From Candidatus Obscuribacterales bacterium (lineage in GTDB: Bacteria; Cyanobacteriota; Vampirovibrionia; Obscuribacterales; Obscuribacteraceae), in assembly GCA_965228855.1 (NCBI GenBank), contig CBDDIJ010000003.1, positions 1,792,001 through 1,856,000 of the forward strand: a stretch of DNA of 64,000 nt, given 5' to 3'. Of the stretch, positions 45,393 to 54,835 are shown piece by piece (the first letter of the stretch is position 1; every line of letters begins with the position of its first letter). The notes under the pieces are model-generated. The model worked only from the letters and a program-made list of their open reading frames with translations. It searched no databases and was not told where the DNA came from. A program made the translations under genes and the position numbers.

Positions 45393-45980
45393 TTAGCCGC
45401 TTCCCTTGCCGTTCTTCGCTTCTTCCTCTCGCTCCTCGCCTTCCGCAATCCGTTTGACATAATTCAATCTTCTGTGGATATCCTGGTGCGTTTGCAAATG
45501 TTGTAAAAAGTCCTTACCAGGTACATTAGCTTCAGAATCAAGGAACGATGTCAATTTTACCAAAGTAGTCTTTCCGTCGCCCACCGGCGAAATCTGCCAA
45601 TTGCCCTCAAATATCTTGAGTTTGTTGGAGGAAAGCAATTGAAAGTCGATACGTGAGTAAGGCTCTTCAGTTTCTTTATACGTGCATTCGACATCACCTA
45701 ATACAGGCACCGATGGAAAGGTCTCTTTGATAGTGGTGCAGTTTTTCTGTTCTTCGAGAACTTTTCGCTTTAACGGCTCAGCTTTTCGGTAAGTGCGAAT
45801 AGCGTCGAAAACCTCTTTAGGGGTCGCTTTCACGATAACTTTACTGACGACACCGGTCATCTCTTTGTGGGACTCTGCACGCAGCATTCCGGCTGTAGAG
45901 ATTGAAACCGTAGCACTGAGTGCGGTCGCACAAATAATTCGAACAATGTTATTCGTTACCGGCATCAGAAGCATCCTCAT
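45393..45980 (-). CDS. SRPBCC/START (cyclase/dehydrase-like) protein with signal peptide
   Basis: VKATPKEVFDAI, RIDFQLLSSNKLKIFEGNWQISP. Confidence 0.75.
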   Translation of the reverse strand: MRMLLMPVTNNIVRIICATALSATVSISTAGMLRAESHKEMTGVVSKVIVKATPKEVFDAIRTYRKAEPLKRKVLEEQKNCTTIKETFPSVPVLGDVECTYKETEEPYSRIDFQLLSSNKLKIFEGNWQISPVGDGKTTLVKLTSFLDSEANVPGKDFLQHLQTHQDIHRRLNYVKRIAEGEEREEEAKNGKGSG

Positions 45981-46024
45981 ATAATTGCCGTATTAGACTC
46001 GATGTGACATCCGTTAGTTAGAAA

Positions 46025-46996
46025 TTAACCCGGTTTGTTCGTTGAGTAAACGCTCTCAATCTGTTTCCTCGCTTCGATCGCAGTCTTGCACAAAGGATCG
46101 ATTTTAAGGGCCGCATCGCAGTCTTGACGAGCAAGGTCCAGCCTTTCCAGATGCAGATACACAAGCGCTCGGGAGCCCAATTCTTTCGCGCGCCATTCGT
46201 CAGCGGTGGCAAGACTGAGCGCGAAGTTCACTGAACTCAAGGCCTCATTAAACTGCTTTAGCTTGTCCTGTGAAACAGCAAGCTGCCAATACGCGGCACC
46301 ACATGCGGCATCACGCTTTAAAGCATCACGTGCCATCGAAATCGCCTTATCGGTTTCTCCTCTGCCATTAAAAATAGCCGACATGATCACGAATGGTATT
46401 GGGCGCTCTTTGTACATTTCGATAGACTTTTGAGCATCCAGCATAGCTTTATCATACTGTCCAAGCTCATACTCAGCGAGCGCCCGCGCTTCAAATGCAG
46501 TAGACCAATATGCATGTCTCTCCAGCGCTTTGTTTGCATCAGTTATGGCTCTGTCGAAACGGTTTAGCCTGGTGTTAATCCAGGATACGATCGAAAAGTC
46601 TTCAGCCGTGGCAGAGCCGCTATCGACTATGTGCTCGAAGTCCGCCAGCGCTTTGGCGTTCTCATCGAGTTCGAACAGCGCCTTTCCTCGAAGCCGAAAC
46701 AGAGCCAAATCATCTTTGTCGAGTTCGATCGCTTGATCGCAGTTTTTCACAACCTCGGTCCATATCCCGTCAATGGCATACGCACGCGCACGCGCAGCAT
46801 AACCGGCCCCTGATTTCGGGTTACGTTTCAAGTAGATGTCGAGAAACGCAACATCGCCAATCGCCTGACTGAATTTGTCCAGGAACTTCCAATCCCATGA
46901 GTCAGGAAGCGGAGTCTGGATAATCAAACCGTTTAGAAAAACAACTGCAGCAATCAGAATGGACTCAAAGATACCAATCAACCGATTAGAACTCAT
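46025..46996 (-). CDS. Membrane-anchored TPR protein
   Basis: N-terminal TM plus about 7 TPRs; SD GGAGGT; ATGA overlap with the upstream gene. Confidence 0.85.
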   Translation of the reverse strand: MSSNRLIGIFESILIAAVVFLNGLIIQTPLPDSWDWKFLDKFSQAIGDVAFLDIYLKRNPKSGAGYAARARAYAIDGIWTEVVKNCDQAIELDKDDLALFRLRGKALFELDENAKALADFEHIVDSGSATAEDFSIVSWINTRLNRFDRAITDANKALERHAYWSTAFEARALAEYELGQYDKAMLDAQKSIEMYKERPIPFVIMSAIFNGRGETDKAISMARDALKRDAACGAAYWQLAVSQDKLKQFNEALSSVNFALSLATADEWRAKELGSRALVYLHLERLDLARQDCDAALKIDPLCKTAIEARKQIESVYSTNKPG

Positions 46997-48645
46997 TGCT
47001 GCGACCTCCGCTTCCATACCGCACAGCCATCAACCATACCCATCGGGTCGTAGCCAACGAGAGCTCGCTGGATAAACCGATGCTCTTCCAATGCGCGAGC
47101 TAGCGTCCATCCACCGGGCTGCGTCACCCATGCTTCCATGATCACGAGCCGCGGTTTTCCAGCCACCACATCTTCAACAATTTCTGTGACGACGGTTTCC
47201 TCCTGCCTTTTGACCAATTCACGATTATCGTTTGTCCTCTGCAAAAAACTGGTCATTCGCAACGGGAAACACCACACATAGCGAGTCGCAGGCGTCAGAT
47301 CTTTCTTCAATTGCAATTGATGCGCATGCGGTAGCATGGTGTGCAATATGACAATTGAGTCTCCAGACTTCGTTTCCTTGTCAACCAACGCATCCAGAGT
47401 ATCGAATGTCTTGCCCGTCACTATGCTGTTCTTCACTAAGAACGGAGTGACAGGCATTAAGATGCACGACCATAACAGAAATGAGATCACGGCGAACTGA
47501 CGCGCATTCGATGAGAGGGAACGCGCAGCGTTAATCTTTGAAGCAACAAAACTCAGGATGAACTCGACTACCGTATACATAACGACGGAGGAGACGAGGA
47601 AGAAGCCTGACACGCATGGTATCGATTGATACGACCAGCCTCGCCCCTGGATGAGGAAAATGAGCAGACCGCCAATTCCCCACGCTATCAATGGTGGAAT
47701 CAGCGATGAACGTTTCCACAAACACAGCGCGCAAGTCAAAATGACGGAAGCGATGATTGGATTGGCAAGCAAATGCCCATCGGGGCTGGTGAACGAGAGA
47801 ATATCCAGTGAAGGAGCATTGTAAGCAGCATAACCGGAGGTCAGAAACGGAATCCAACGCGTGTAGTATTCGCCAATGTTCGGAATCGCAAAAGAAGCCA
47901 GAAAGCAGACAAGCAGCGTGACTATCAAGGCGATTTGCTCCGCGGCAAGGAAGCAATTGCGCCACTGCTTCCGGTGCCGGGTAGAAACAAACAGCGTCAG
48001 TTCAATAAGGATGAGAACGAGCAGGAACTGAGGCTTAACATACGTGCTTGCACCACAGGCGACACCAAGTACTGCGGCTACTAAATTCTTCGAAGTAGGG
48101 TAACGATTGTGCCATCGGAGCCAACGCAGCAGGAACAGAGGGAAATAAGCCAGTACGAAGAAATGCTCACGCTGACCGAAGTGGAATCCGAGTGTTAGTT
48201 GAAACAGGAAAAACGCCGTGACAAGCGGACCGACAGAAATCAAATCTCGGCGAGTGAGCGAGCCCTGTTTCTCGAGACTAGCGGCAGCGGATAGACTAGC
48301 TTGTTGCAAAACTGCAACGGTCGCAAAACCTGACAGATAGACTGCACCGAGGACAATGAACTGCCAAACCACGGTAATCGGTAGCGATGTCAGCTTCGAA
48401 ATCCACCACGGCGGCACGGCAAAATAAAGGATAATTGGAGGGAGCAGATCGACAAGCTGCTGTTTCCCATTAAGCAAAAGTTTAGAACCAAGAAGGTAGA
48501 ATGCGCAGTCATAGTTTACAACCCCTGGCGCACTGAGAACCGCATAGAGCAACAACCCGAATACGGTAGCAACAGGAATTGCAACCAGCTGCACCGGATA
48601 TGGTGCTTGCGCGAACGCGTTTCTGTTAGTAGAATCCGTGCTCAT
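46993..48645 (-). CDS. Polytopic membrane protein, GT-C glycosyltransferase-like
   Basis: NYDCAF in first loop, GQREH, VKP, QGRGWSY; paralog of the next gene. Confidence 0.7.
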   Translation of the reverse strand: MSTDSTNRNAFAQAPYPVQLVAIPVATVFGLLLYAVLSAPGVVNYDCAFYLLGSKLLLNGKQQLVDLLPPIILYFAVPPWWISKLTSLPITVVWQFIVLGAVYLSGFATVAVLQQASLSAAASLEKQGSLTRRDLISVGPLVTAFFLFQLTLGFHFGQREHFFVLAYFPLFLLRWLRWHNRYPTSKNLVAAVLGVACGASTYVKPQFLLVLILIELTLFVSTRHRKQWRNCFLAAEQIALIVTLLVCFLASFAIPNIGEYYTRWIPFLTSGYAAYNAPSLDILSFTSPDGHLLANPIIASVILTCALCLWKRSSLIPPLIAWGIGGLLIFLIQGRGWSYQSIPCVSGFFLVSSVVMYTVVEFILSFVASKINAARSLSSNARQFAVISFLLWSCILMPVTPFLVKNSIVTGKTFDTLDALVDKETKSGDSIVILHTMLPHAHQLQLKKDLTPATRYVWCFPLRMTSFLQRTNDNRELVKRQEETVVTEIVEDVVAGKPRLVIMEAWVTQPGGWTLARALEEHRFIQRALVGYDPMGMVDGCAVWKRRSQQ

Positions 48646-50264
48646 TTCAACTTCCAAAGTGCAAACCCGTTTTCGCCGCGGAGCGGTTCATAACCGTTGA
48701 GAACCTCACTTACCGCTGGATCTTGAAACAAATCACGGTGCAAGGATTCGTTCCATTTGTCAAACGCTATTAGCTTCGGCTTCGCATTACGTATGTCCGT
48801 GACGACATCCTTAATGAACGAAGCATATTCCGCGTCCCATTTTTTGCCGTCCGGTCCTTTTCGCAGCATCTCGACCATTGGCACGTTAAAACACCACAGA
48901 TAGCGCGCGGCCTGCCTCCGCTCCATCTGAAGGATTACGGGAAAAGCGGCTGAAAAATTAGTTGTTAGAATCAACACGTTGTCTTTCGGTTTAGTCTCAC
49001 GAGCGATCACCGTATCCAATACCGGAAGGATTTTCGCGGAAACTGAACTGTTGTGAATCAACGACGCGGCAAATGGAATTGATAGTGCACCGTAAAAGAG
49101 AAAGGCTATGACAGCGGACTGAGACAAAACCATGTGGTTTTCATCCGTATTTATGGTCTTAGAACTCCAGTAATCCCCACTCTTATTCAACCAGCTTAAC
49201 CCACGAAGCAGGTAAATCGCACACATTCCAACCACGATGGTAGCCGTCAGATAGTAGCCTGCAACCATTGGAATAGAATGGTAAGCCCATCCCTTACCCT
49301 GCAGAGCATAGATTGCAAAACCAGAAATCGTCCACACCAGAAGTGGTGCAAGCAAACTTGTAGTTCTGATTAAAAACAAGCCTAGTAGAACAAACGCGAT
49401 AACAACAAGGCGGTTGCCGACCAGCTGCCCGTGAATGCTTTCGAAGCTGAATAGAGCGGCCTTGGAAACGTCAAACGCCTGATAGCCATTCACAACCAGT
49501 GGCATAATTCGATCGTAGTATTCGCCAATATTTGGGATAGCGAATGATACGAGTGGGCACGCTGCGCCGATGGCAACAAAAGCCAGAACCTCCTGTGCTC
49601 TTAAAAGGGCATAGTATGCTCGACGCTTCCGGAGAACGGCGTTTAAAAACCAGTACAACTCAAGAGCGAAAACAGTGACACAGAAATACGGTTTTACGAA
49701 ACAAATGAAACCGCATGCAGTACCAGTGCTTATAGCGATCCGTTTGTCAACTTCCAGTCCAAGAAGCCTTTTCCAGCGCAGGAGAAAAAACAGAAAGAAC
49801 GTGAGGACAAAAAGATGTTCTCTTTGACCGAGGTGATAGGACATCACCAGATTCCACAGCAGGAAACCACAAAAAAGAGGTCCGACCATAAGCCAGTCCC
49901 TTGCCGTATGTTTATCCGCATCCTTCTCTACAATCAAGATCGCAAGTATGTAAGTTGCGCAAATAAAGCCAAAACAGAGCAAATTCCAGGTTAGCGCCAC
50001 AGGCAGAGCAAAACTTTGACAGAGTAAACAAAACGGCACGAGAGCGTAGAAGGTGAGCGGTGGCGCCATATCGAGAAAGCCGCTCATCGGATGCCTTCCA
50101 TCGAGGATGAGCTGCGCACCGTGCAGAATAAACGCGCAATCGTGATTTATTGTATTTGGCTGAGACAGGATGGAAAATAACAACTGTGACAACAGCACCA
50201 CGCCTGGTATCACTAGAAGTTTAAGCGGGTAAAACCGGCGGTCGTTGTTTTGATTCGCCTCCAC
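48642..50264 (-). CDS. Polytopic membrane protein, GT-C glycosyltransferase-like
   Basis: NHDCAF, GQREH, VKP, QGKGWAYH; paralog of the downstream gene. Confidence 0.7.
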   Translation of the reverse strand: MEANQNNDRRFYPLKLLVIPGVVLLSQLLFSILSQPNTINHDCAFILHGAQLILDGRHPMSGFLDMAPPLTFYALVPFCLLCQSFALPVALTWNLLCFGFICATYILAILIVEKDADKHTARDWLMVGPLFCGFLLWNLVMSYHLGQREHLFVLTFFLFFLLRWKRLLGLEVDKRIAISTGTACGFICFVKPYFCVTVFALELYWFLNAVLRKRRAYYALLRAQEVLAFVAIGAACPLVSFAIPNIGEYYDRIMPLVVNGYQAFDVSKAALFSFESIHGQLVGNRLVVIAFVLLGLFLIRTTSLLAPLLVWTISGFAIYALQGKGWAYHSIPMVAGYYLTATIVVGMCAIYLLRGLSWLNKSGDYWSSKTINTDENHMVLSQSAVIAFLFYGALSIPFAASLIHNSSVSAKILPVLDTVIARETKPKDNVLILTTNFSAAFPVILQMERRQAARYLWCFNVPMVEMLRKGPDGKKWDAEYASFIKDVVTDIRNAKPKLIAFDKWNESLHRDLFQDPAVSEVLNGYEPLRGENGFALWKLK

Positions 50265-50363
50265 TGGCAGCCTCGAAAACTAGCTCCGCGTATGATAAAC
50301 CATTCGACCGCTGCTGACGCGATGAAAACGTCGCGCTGATCAGGTTTTAAATTCTCAAATTTA

Positions 50364-50436
50364 TGGACGGTACTGGACTCGAACCAGTGGCCCCCACTAT
50401 GTCAAAGTGGTGCGCTACCAACTGCGCCAACCGTCC
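50364..50436 (-). tRNA. trnV: tRNA-Val(GAC)
   Basis: GGACGGTTGGCGCAGTTGGTAGCGCACCACT-TTGACAT-AGTGGGGGCCACTGGTTCGAGTCCAGTACCGTCCA; CCA not encoded. Confidence 0.96.
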
Positions 50437-50486
50437 GTAGGTTTTAAATTGTATCCTCAAATCGGGATTCGTTCAATGAAAGGTAA

Positions 50487-50557
50487 AGGCGGCACCCAGA
50501 TTCGAACTGGGGGTAGAGGTTTTGCAGACCTCGGCCTTACCACTTGGCTATGCCGCC
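50487..50557 (-). tRNA. trnC: tRNA-Cys(GCA)
   Basis: GGCGGCATAGCCAAGTGGTAAGGCCGAGGT-CTGCAAA-ACCTCTACCCCCAGTTCGAATCTGGGTGCCGCCT; U discriminator; CCA not encoded. Confidence 0.96.
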
Positions 50558-50701
50558 AGAATTCAAAAGACAAGACCAGCAGCCGAAACAGCCGCTGGGT
50601 ATGTATCCTAAATCGTTTAAACCGCGATTGTCAACGAATGGTCACATTGCGTAACCGAATTGAGGGCACAATATTAACAACGAAAGGCAAGGAGTTTTCA
50701 T

Positions 50702-51724
50702 CTGTTTAGGTTCGTATTAAAACGGCTGCTGGCGGCTATTCCGCTGCTTTTCGTGCTCTCGATCGTTTCGTTCGGATTGATTCGCTCACTTCCGGGCGAT
50801 CCCGTTGATGCAATGATGGGCGGCAATACGCGGGATATCGACCCGCGCGAATTAGCGGCTATCAGGAGCGAATTCGGGTTGGACCAGCCAATCCCGAAGC
50901 AGTACGCATCCTGGCTAAAAGGTTTTATCGGACAGGGCGAACTGGGTCGTTCATATCAAGACAATCGGAAGGTGATGGTTGTCATTGGCGAACGCATTCC
51001 AGCGACAATGACTCTGGTCGGCATCGCGCTGATTTTGAGCTTTGCAAATGGCATTTTCTGGGGGCTCGTGATGATCACGGTCCGTTTTAAGTTTCGCAGC
51101 CGCTTGCTTGAAGCGCCTTTTGTCGGCACCGCCCTCCTGCTTCATTCCGTACCGGCCTTTTTTCTCGGGCTTCTTGTAATCTACGGCGTGACAATAATAC
51201 CGGCGTTCCACTCCATTCCGTTGTTCGGTGCGTTGAGAGCGGACGAAGCGGCGACGCCGGCGAATCTCTTAAAATTTGCAATCTTGCCCGCCCTGACGCT
51301 AGCTCTCAGCAGGAGCGCCAAAGTTGCTCTTTTTGTTCGCTCGCTCGCACTTGATGAAATTACTCGCGGTTACGTAACAACCGCGTTAGCTAAAGGATTG
51401 TCGTATTCGCAGGTTGTCGTACGTCACGTTGCTCGAAACTGTTTGGTTCCAATCGTCAACCTTCTCGCTTTATCTCTGCCGTCTTTAATCGGAGGCTCTG
51501 TCCTGATCGAAACGATTTTTGCCTGGCCGGGTACCGGGAGGCTGGCAGTAGAAGCCACTTTCGGCAGAAATTTTCCAGTCATGACGACGCTTGTGATGAT
51601 TTATGGAACTATGGTCGTTCTTTCAAATCTCGTTGCCGACCTTCTTCAGGGACTTGCCGATCCGAGAATTGCCGAGTCGATTGCCAACAACCAGACCACA
51701 GTGACGCGAGCGAGAAGCATCTAA
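50702..51724 (+). CDS. Peptide/nickel ABC transporter permease (DppB/OppB-like)
   Basis: LPGDPV, GLDQP, GELGRS, YVTTALAKGL, IETIFAWPG, ADPRI. N-terminus FRFVLKRLL implies a CTG start at 50702. Confidence 0.92.
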   Translation: MFRFVLKRLLAAIPLLFVLSIVSFGLIRSLPGDPVDAMMGGNTRDIDPRELAAIRSEFGLDQPIPKQYASWLKGFIGQGELGRSYQDNRKVMVVIGERIPATMTLVGIALILSFANGIFWGLVMITVRFKFRSRLLEAPFVGTALLLHSVPAFFLGLLVIYGVTIIPAFHSIPLFGALRADEAATPANLLKFAILPALTLALSRSAKVALFVRSLALDEITRGYVTTALAKGLSYSQVVVRHVARNCLVPIVNLLALSLPSLIGGSVLIETIFAWPGTGRLAVEATFGRNFPVMTTLVMIYGTMVVLSNLVADLLQGLADPRIAESIANNQTTVTRARSI

Positions 51725-52674
51725 TGGGCACGAAGATCGAGACGCTGAGAACCTCAAGTGCCGCCGATGCAGGCGCAAAGATTCGTATGACGCTCTCGAT
51801 TGGCTTAGTCGTGTTTCTAGCGATTCTTCCAATTCTCGCACCGATACTGCATCCGGTGACGCCGCCGCTGACTCCATCACACGTGGACCTTACAGTGGCA
51901 AACGTGCCACCATTCACGGGCGATCACTTTCTCGGTACCGATAGTCTTGGCAGAGATGTGCTATCGATGGCGTTGTGGGGGGCGAGAACCTCACTTGCAC
52001 TCGGCTTGGTCGCAGCTTTGTTGGCGGTTTCATTTGGAACGTTATGGGGTGCTGTAAGTTCGCTAATCGGTGGATTCGTCGACACGGTGATGATGCGAAT
52101 CGTCGACGGTCTGCTCGCGATTCCCCCCCTCATTCTTCTTCTAGCCCTCTCTGCACTTGTAAATGGACCGGCGTTCGCCGATACGCTGCCAAAAACCGTT
52201 TTATCGCTGCTCAATGTGACTTCTTACAGCTTGGGCTTCTTGCCGTTCGTCACCGTAATTTCGGTTATCGCGGCGACATCGTGGCTGGAAGCGGCACGGA
52301 TTGCCCACAGCAAGATATCCGCAATACAACTCGAAGAATATATCGAAGCGGCGCGCGCGCTCGGAGCAGGCACAGCGCACACCCTTTTCAAACACCTGGT
52401 ACCCAACGCCTCGCGAATAATCATGATTCAGGCGACACTGCTGATCTCCGACGCGATTGTCATGGAGGCCGGTCTGAGTTTCCTCGGACTCGGGCTCAGT
52501 CCTGACACTCCGAGCTGGGGAACGATGTTGCGCCAGGCTTCCAGCGACTTGTTCCTGGGAAACTGGTGGGCGCCTCTCGTGCCTGCGGCCTTGATATCCC
52601 TGACTGTTCTTGCCGTAGAACTGCTTGGGGAGAGCCTCCTGCGTGTAATCGGGCACGATGACAAGCTACGCTGA
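51724..52674 (+). CDS. Peptide/nickel ABC transporter permease (DppC/OppC-like)
   Basis: HFLGTDSLGRD, EYIEAARALGA, EAGLSFLGLG, PSWGTML. Confidence 0.93.
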   Translation: MGTKIETLRTSSAADAGAKIRMTLSIGLVVFLAILPILAPILHPVTPPLTPSHVDLTVANVPPFTGDHFLGTDSLGRDVLSMALWGARTSLALGLVAALLAVSFGTLWGAVSSLIGGFVDTVMMRIVDGLLAIPPLILLLALSALVNGPAFADTLPKTVLSLLNVTSYSLGFLPFVTVISVIAATSWLEAARIAHSKISAIQLEEYIEAARALGAGTAHTLFKHLVPNASRIIMIQATLLISDAIVMEAGLSFLGLGLSPDTPSWGTMLRQASSDLFLGNWWAPLVPAALISLTVLAVELLGESLLRVIGHDDKLR

Positions 52675-52800
52675 AGCCCAGTTTATAAGCCGGTAGCGTT
52701 ATTCCGGATTGTTCAACCCAATTCATACCTACCGGGCGCAAGTGTTTTATACTTTGGGTTAGAAGTGTGAGCGAAAGTTCACTCGTCAACCGGGGAGATT

Positions 52801-53340
52801 TTGATTTTGAAAAACAGCAATAGCAATTTTAAATCGGTGCAACGCATGGCACTACCTGCGGTGCTTACCTTTGCTGTGCTCGCTTTGACAGCATGCGGAA
52901 ACGAAAAATCCGTCACATACAGCTCCGGCGGCATGACGAACACTTTCAACGAAGGTGAAAAAGGCGTTCCCAAAGATCTACAGCTGCTCGTCTACCCCGG
53001 TGCCGAAATCGCAGGCTCCACCTCGGCACAAGATAAAGATGGTGAACATTCGGCTTTCGTTTCGCTCTCCACACCTGATAGCCTTGAGCGAGTTTCCGAC
53101 TGGTATCAAGATTCGCTCAAAAAAAATGGCTGGACAATCGACAACCACGATGCGACGCAGCCGTCATTCGTGAGTATCAGCGGACATCAAAAAGATGTTG
53201 AAATCAATGTGATCGTTGCTCAGGATGCTAACAAAACGACCATCAGCGTTTCAGAAGGAAAATCCGGAGAAGGTGATCCTGTAGACGAAGAAGAGATTGA
53301 GAAATTCACGCCGAACTCAATCGTGCCACCGACGGAATAG
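52801..53340 (+). CDS. Hypothetical lipoprotein
   Basis: Lipobox LTAC; VYPGA, WYQDSLKKNGW. Confidence 0.78.
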   Translation: MILKNSNSNFKSVQRMALPAVLTFAVLALTACGNEKSVTYSSGGMTNTFNEGEKGVPKDLQLLVYPGAEIAGSTSAQDKDGEHSAFVSLSTPDSLERVSDWYQDSLKKNGWTIDNHDATQPSFVSISGHQKDVEINVIVAQDANKTTISVSEGKSGEGDPVDEEEIEKFTPNSIVPPTE

Positions 53341-53379
53341 CAGTTCTGAGGACAGATTTATTATGCGAGGGTCTGAGTC

Positions 53380-53994
53380 ATGTCTCGGAAAACTATCGTA
53401 TCGCTGCCTGTAGCAGAAATTACTGCGTCATCGATCACTGGCTTTCAAGCGGAGTGCTTGCCGGGCGAGGGAACCCAGTCAGACCTGCCGCCCAAGCCAC
53501 GCTTCGGCAGTTTTTTGCGCGTCGAGTCATCAGATACTTCGATTTTTGCAGTCGCGTATAACGTAATAACCGGACCACAGGACTCGGTTCACAAACCGTC
53601 GGCACTCGGCATGACTCGCGAAGAATTGCGGTTAGAACAGCCGCATATCTTTTCTCTTTTGAAAACGGAAGTGCATGCACTCCTGGTCGGACACGGCTCC
53701 GAGGCTCGGATTTATCAGCATCTGCCGCCTCACCCTCCCGACGTACATGACTTTGTATACCAGGCTACGCAAGAAGAAATTCGAGAGCTAACCAGCAACT
53801 TCGAATTTCTGCGTTTACTGTTAAACGTCAGCGAAATTCCCAGTGACGAGCTTATAGCTGCCACTATCCGCGAGGCTCACCTGGCTCTCGGCAAAGACCC
53901 TGATTTCCTTGTTGAAGCAGGTCGCGCGCTTTCAAATATAATGCGTTCCGATTACGATCGCCTCCTCACAATTTTGAAAAAGATACGTCCCTGA
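53380..53994 (+). CDS. HAS-barrel domain protein
   Basis: AEI...FQAEC, PRFGSF, ALGMTREELRLEQPHIF, QHLPPHPP.VH, DYDRL. Confidence 0.75.
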   Translation: MSRKTIVSLPVAEITASSITGFQAECLPGEGTQSDLPPKPRFGSFLRVESSDTSIFAVAYNVITGPQDSVHKPSALGMTREELRLEQPHIFSLLKTEVHALLVGHGSEARIYQHLPPHPPDVHDFVYQATQEEIRELTSNFEFLRLLLNVSEIPSDELIAATIREAHLALGKDPDFLVEAGRALSNIMRSDYDRLLTILKKIRP

Positions 53995-53995
53995 A

Positions 53996-54835
53996 TTGAA
54001 TAAACGCAATTTTCAAGAAGTAAACTCAAACAAGTGGTCTGCGACAATAGACTGGAGAAGCGCTCTGGCTGTCATTTCTTCGACCATCTTGCTAGGCTCC
54101 CTGCCCCAGAGTCCGCCGATCTCGAAAGAAATTGCGAATTCGATTCTAACGTTTACTGAACACTTTCAATTGGATTTGACGGTGGCGGAAACCGTCAAAT
54201 TGTATGGGAAGGACGCAAGAACTCGCATTGCGCCATTTTTCAAAAAAGCGCGGATCCCCTATCCGCCCTCAAAACTCACGTTTCTCTCACTAAAACAGGA
54301 GCGTGTGCTCATTGTCTTTGCTCCGGACGGCAACGGAGGATGGAAACAAATCAACGGCTACTATGTTGTGGGCACGAGTGGAAAGGCCGGTCCCAAGCTT
54401 AGAGAAGGCGACCTGCAAATTCCCGAGGGATTTTACAAAATAACCGGTCTCTATCCGAACTCGATTGCACATCTAGGATTACGAATAAACTATCCGAATG
54501 CTCAAGACAAACTCAGAGCGAGAAAAGATAACCGCACCAAACTCGGTGGCGACATTTTAATACATGGCAGCTACTGGTCGACTGGTTGTCTGGCTATGGG
54601 CAACGCAGCAATCGAAGAGATTTACATAATGGCGAATGACGTCGGTTGCAACAACATACGAATGATTTTTGCTCCCTGTAATTTGAAAACCACGAAACCT
54701 GACATCGACTTCAAAAAGCAGCCGGACTGGGTCCCGATTCTATATAGGGATTTGATGACAGAGTTAAAACTCTATCCAATTGAAATCGATCCGCAATGGC
54801 AGTCCAAAGCGCCTGCCAAGCCAACCGACGACTAG
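53996..54835 (+). CDS. L,D-transpeptidase (YkuD/YafK-like)
   Basis: GPKLREGDLQIPEGFY, INYPNAQD, GGDILIHGSYWSTGCLAM. Confidence 0.88.
   Translation: MNKRNFQEVNSNKWSATIDWRSALAVISSTILLGSLPQSPPISKEIANSILTFTEHFQLDLTVAETVKLYGKDARTRIAPFFKKARIPYPPSKLTFLSLKQERVLIVFAPDGNGGWKQINGYYVVGTSGKAGPKLREGDLQIPEGFYKITGLYPNSIAHLGLRINYPNAQDKLRARKDNRTKLGGDILIHGSYWSTGCLAMGNAAIEEIYIMANDVGCNNIRMIFAPCNLKTTKPDIDFKKQPDWVPILYRDLMTELKLYPIEIDPQWQSKAPAKPTDD

Noticed and set aside
44568..50557. Possible island integrated at tRNA-Val/tRNA-Cys
   Set aside because: No integrase, no duplicated tRNA 3' end spotted and no obvious compositional break.
50407..50709. 100-aa plus-strand ORF
   Set aside because: It overlaps two tRNA genes in antisense; spurious.
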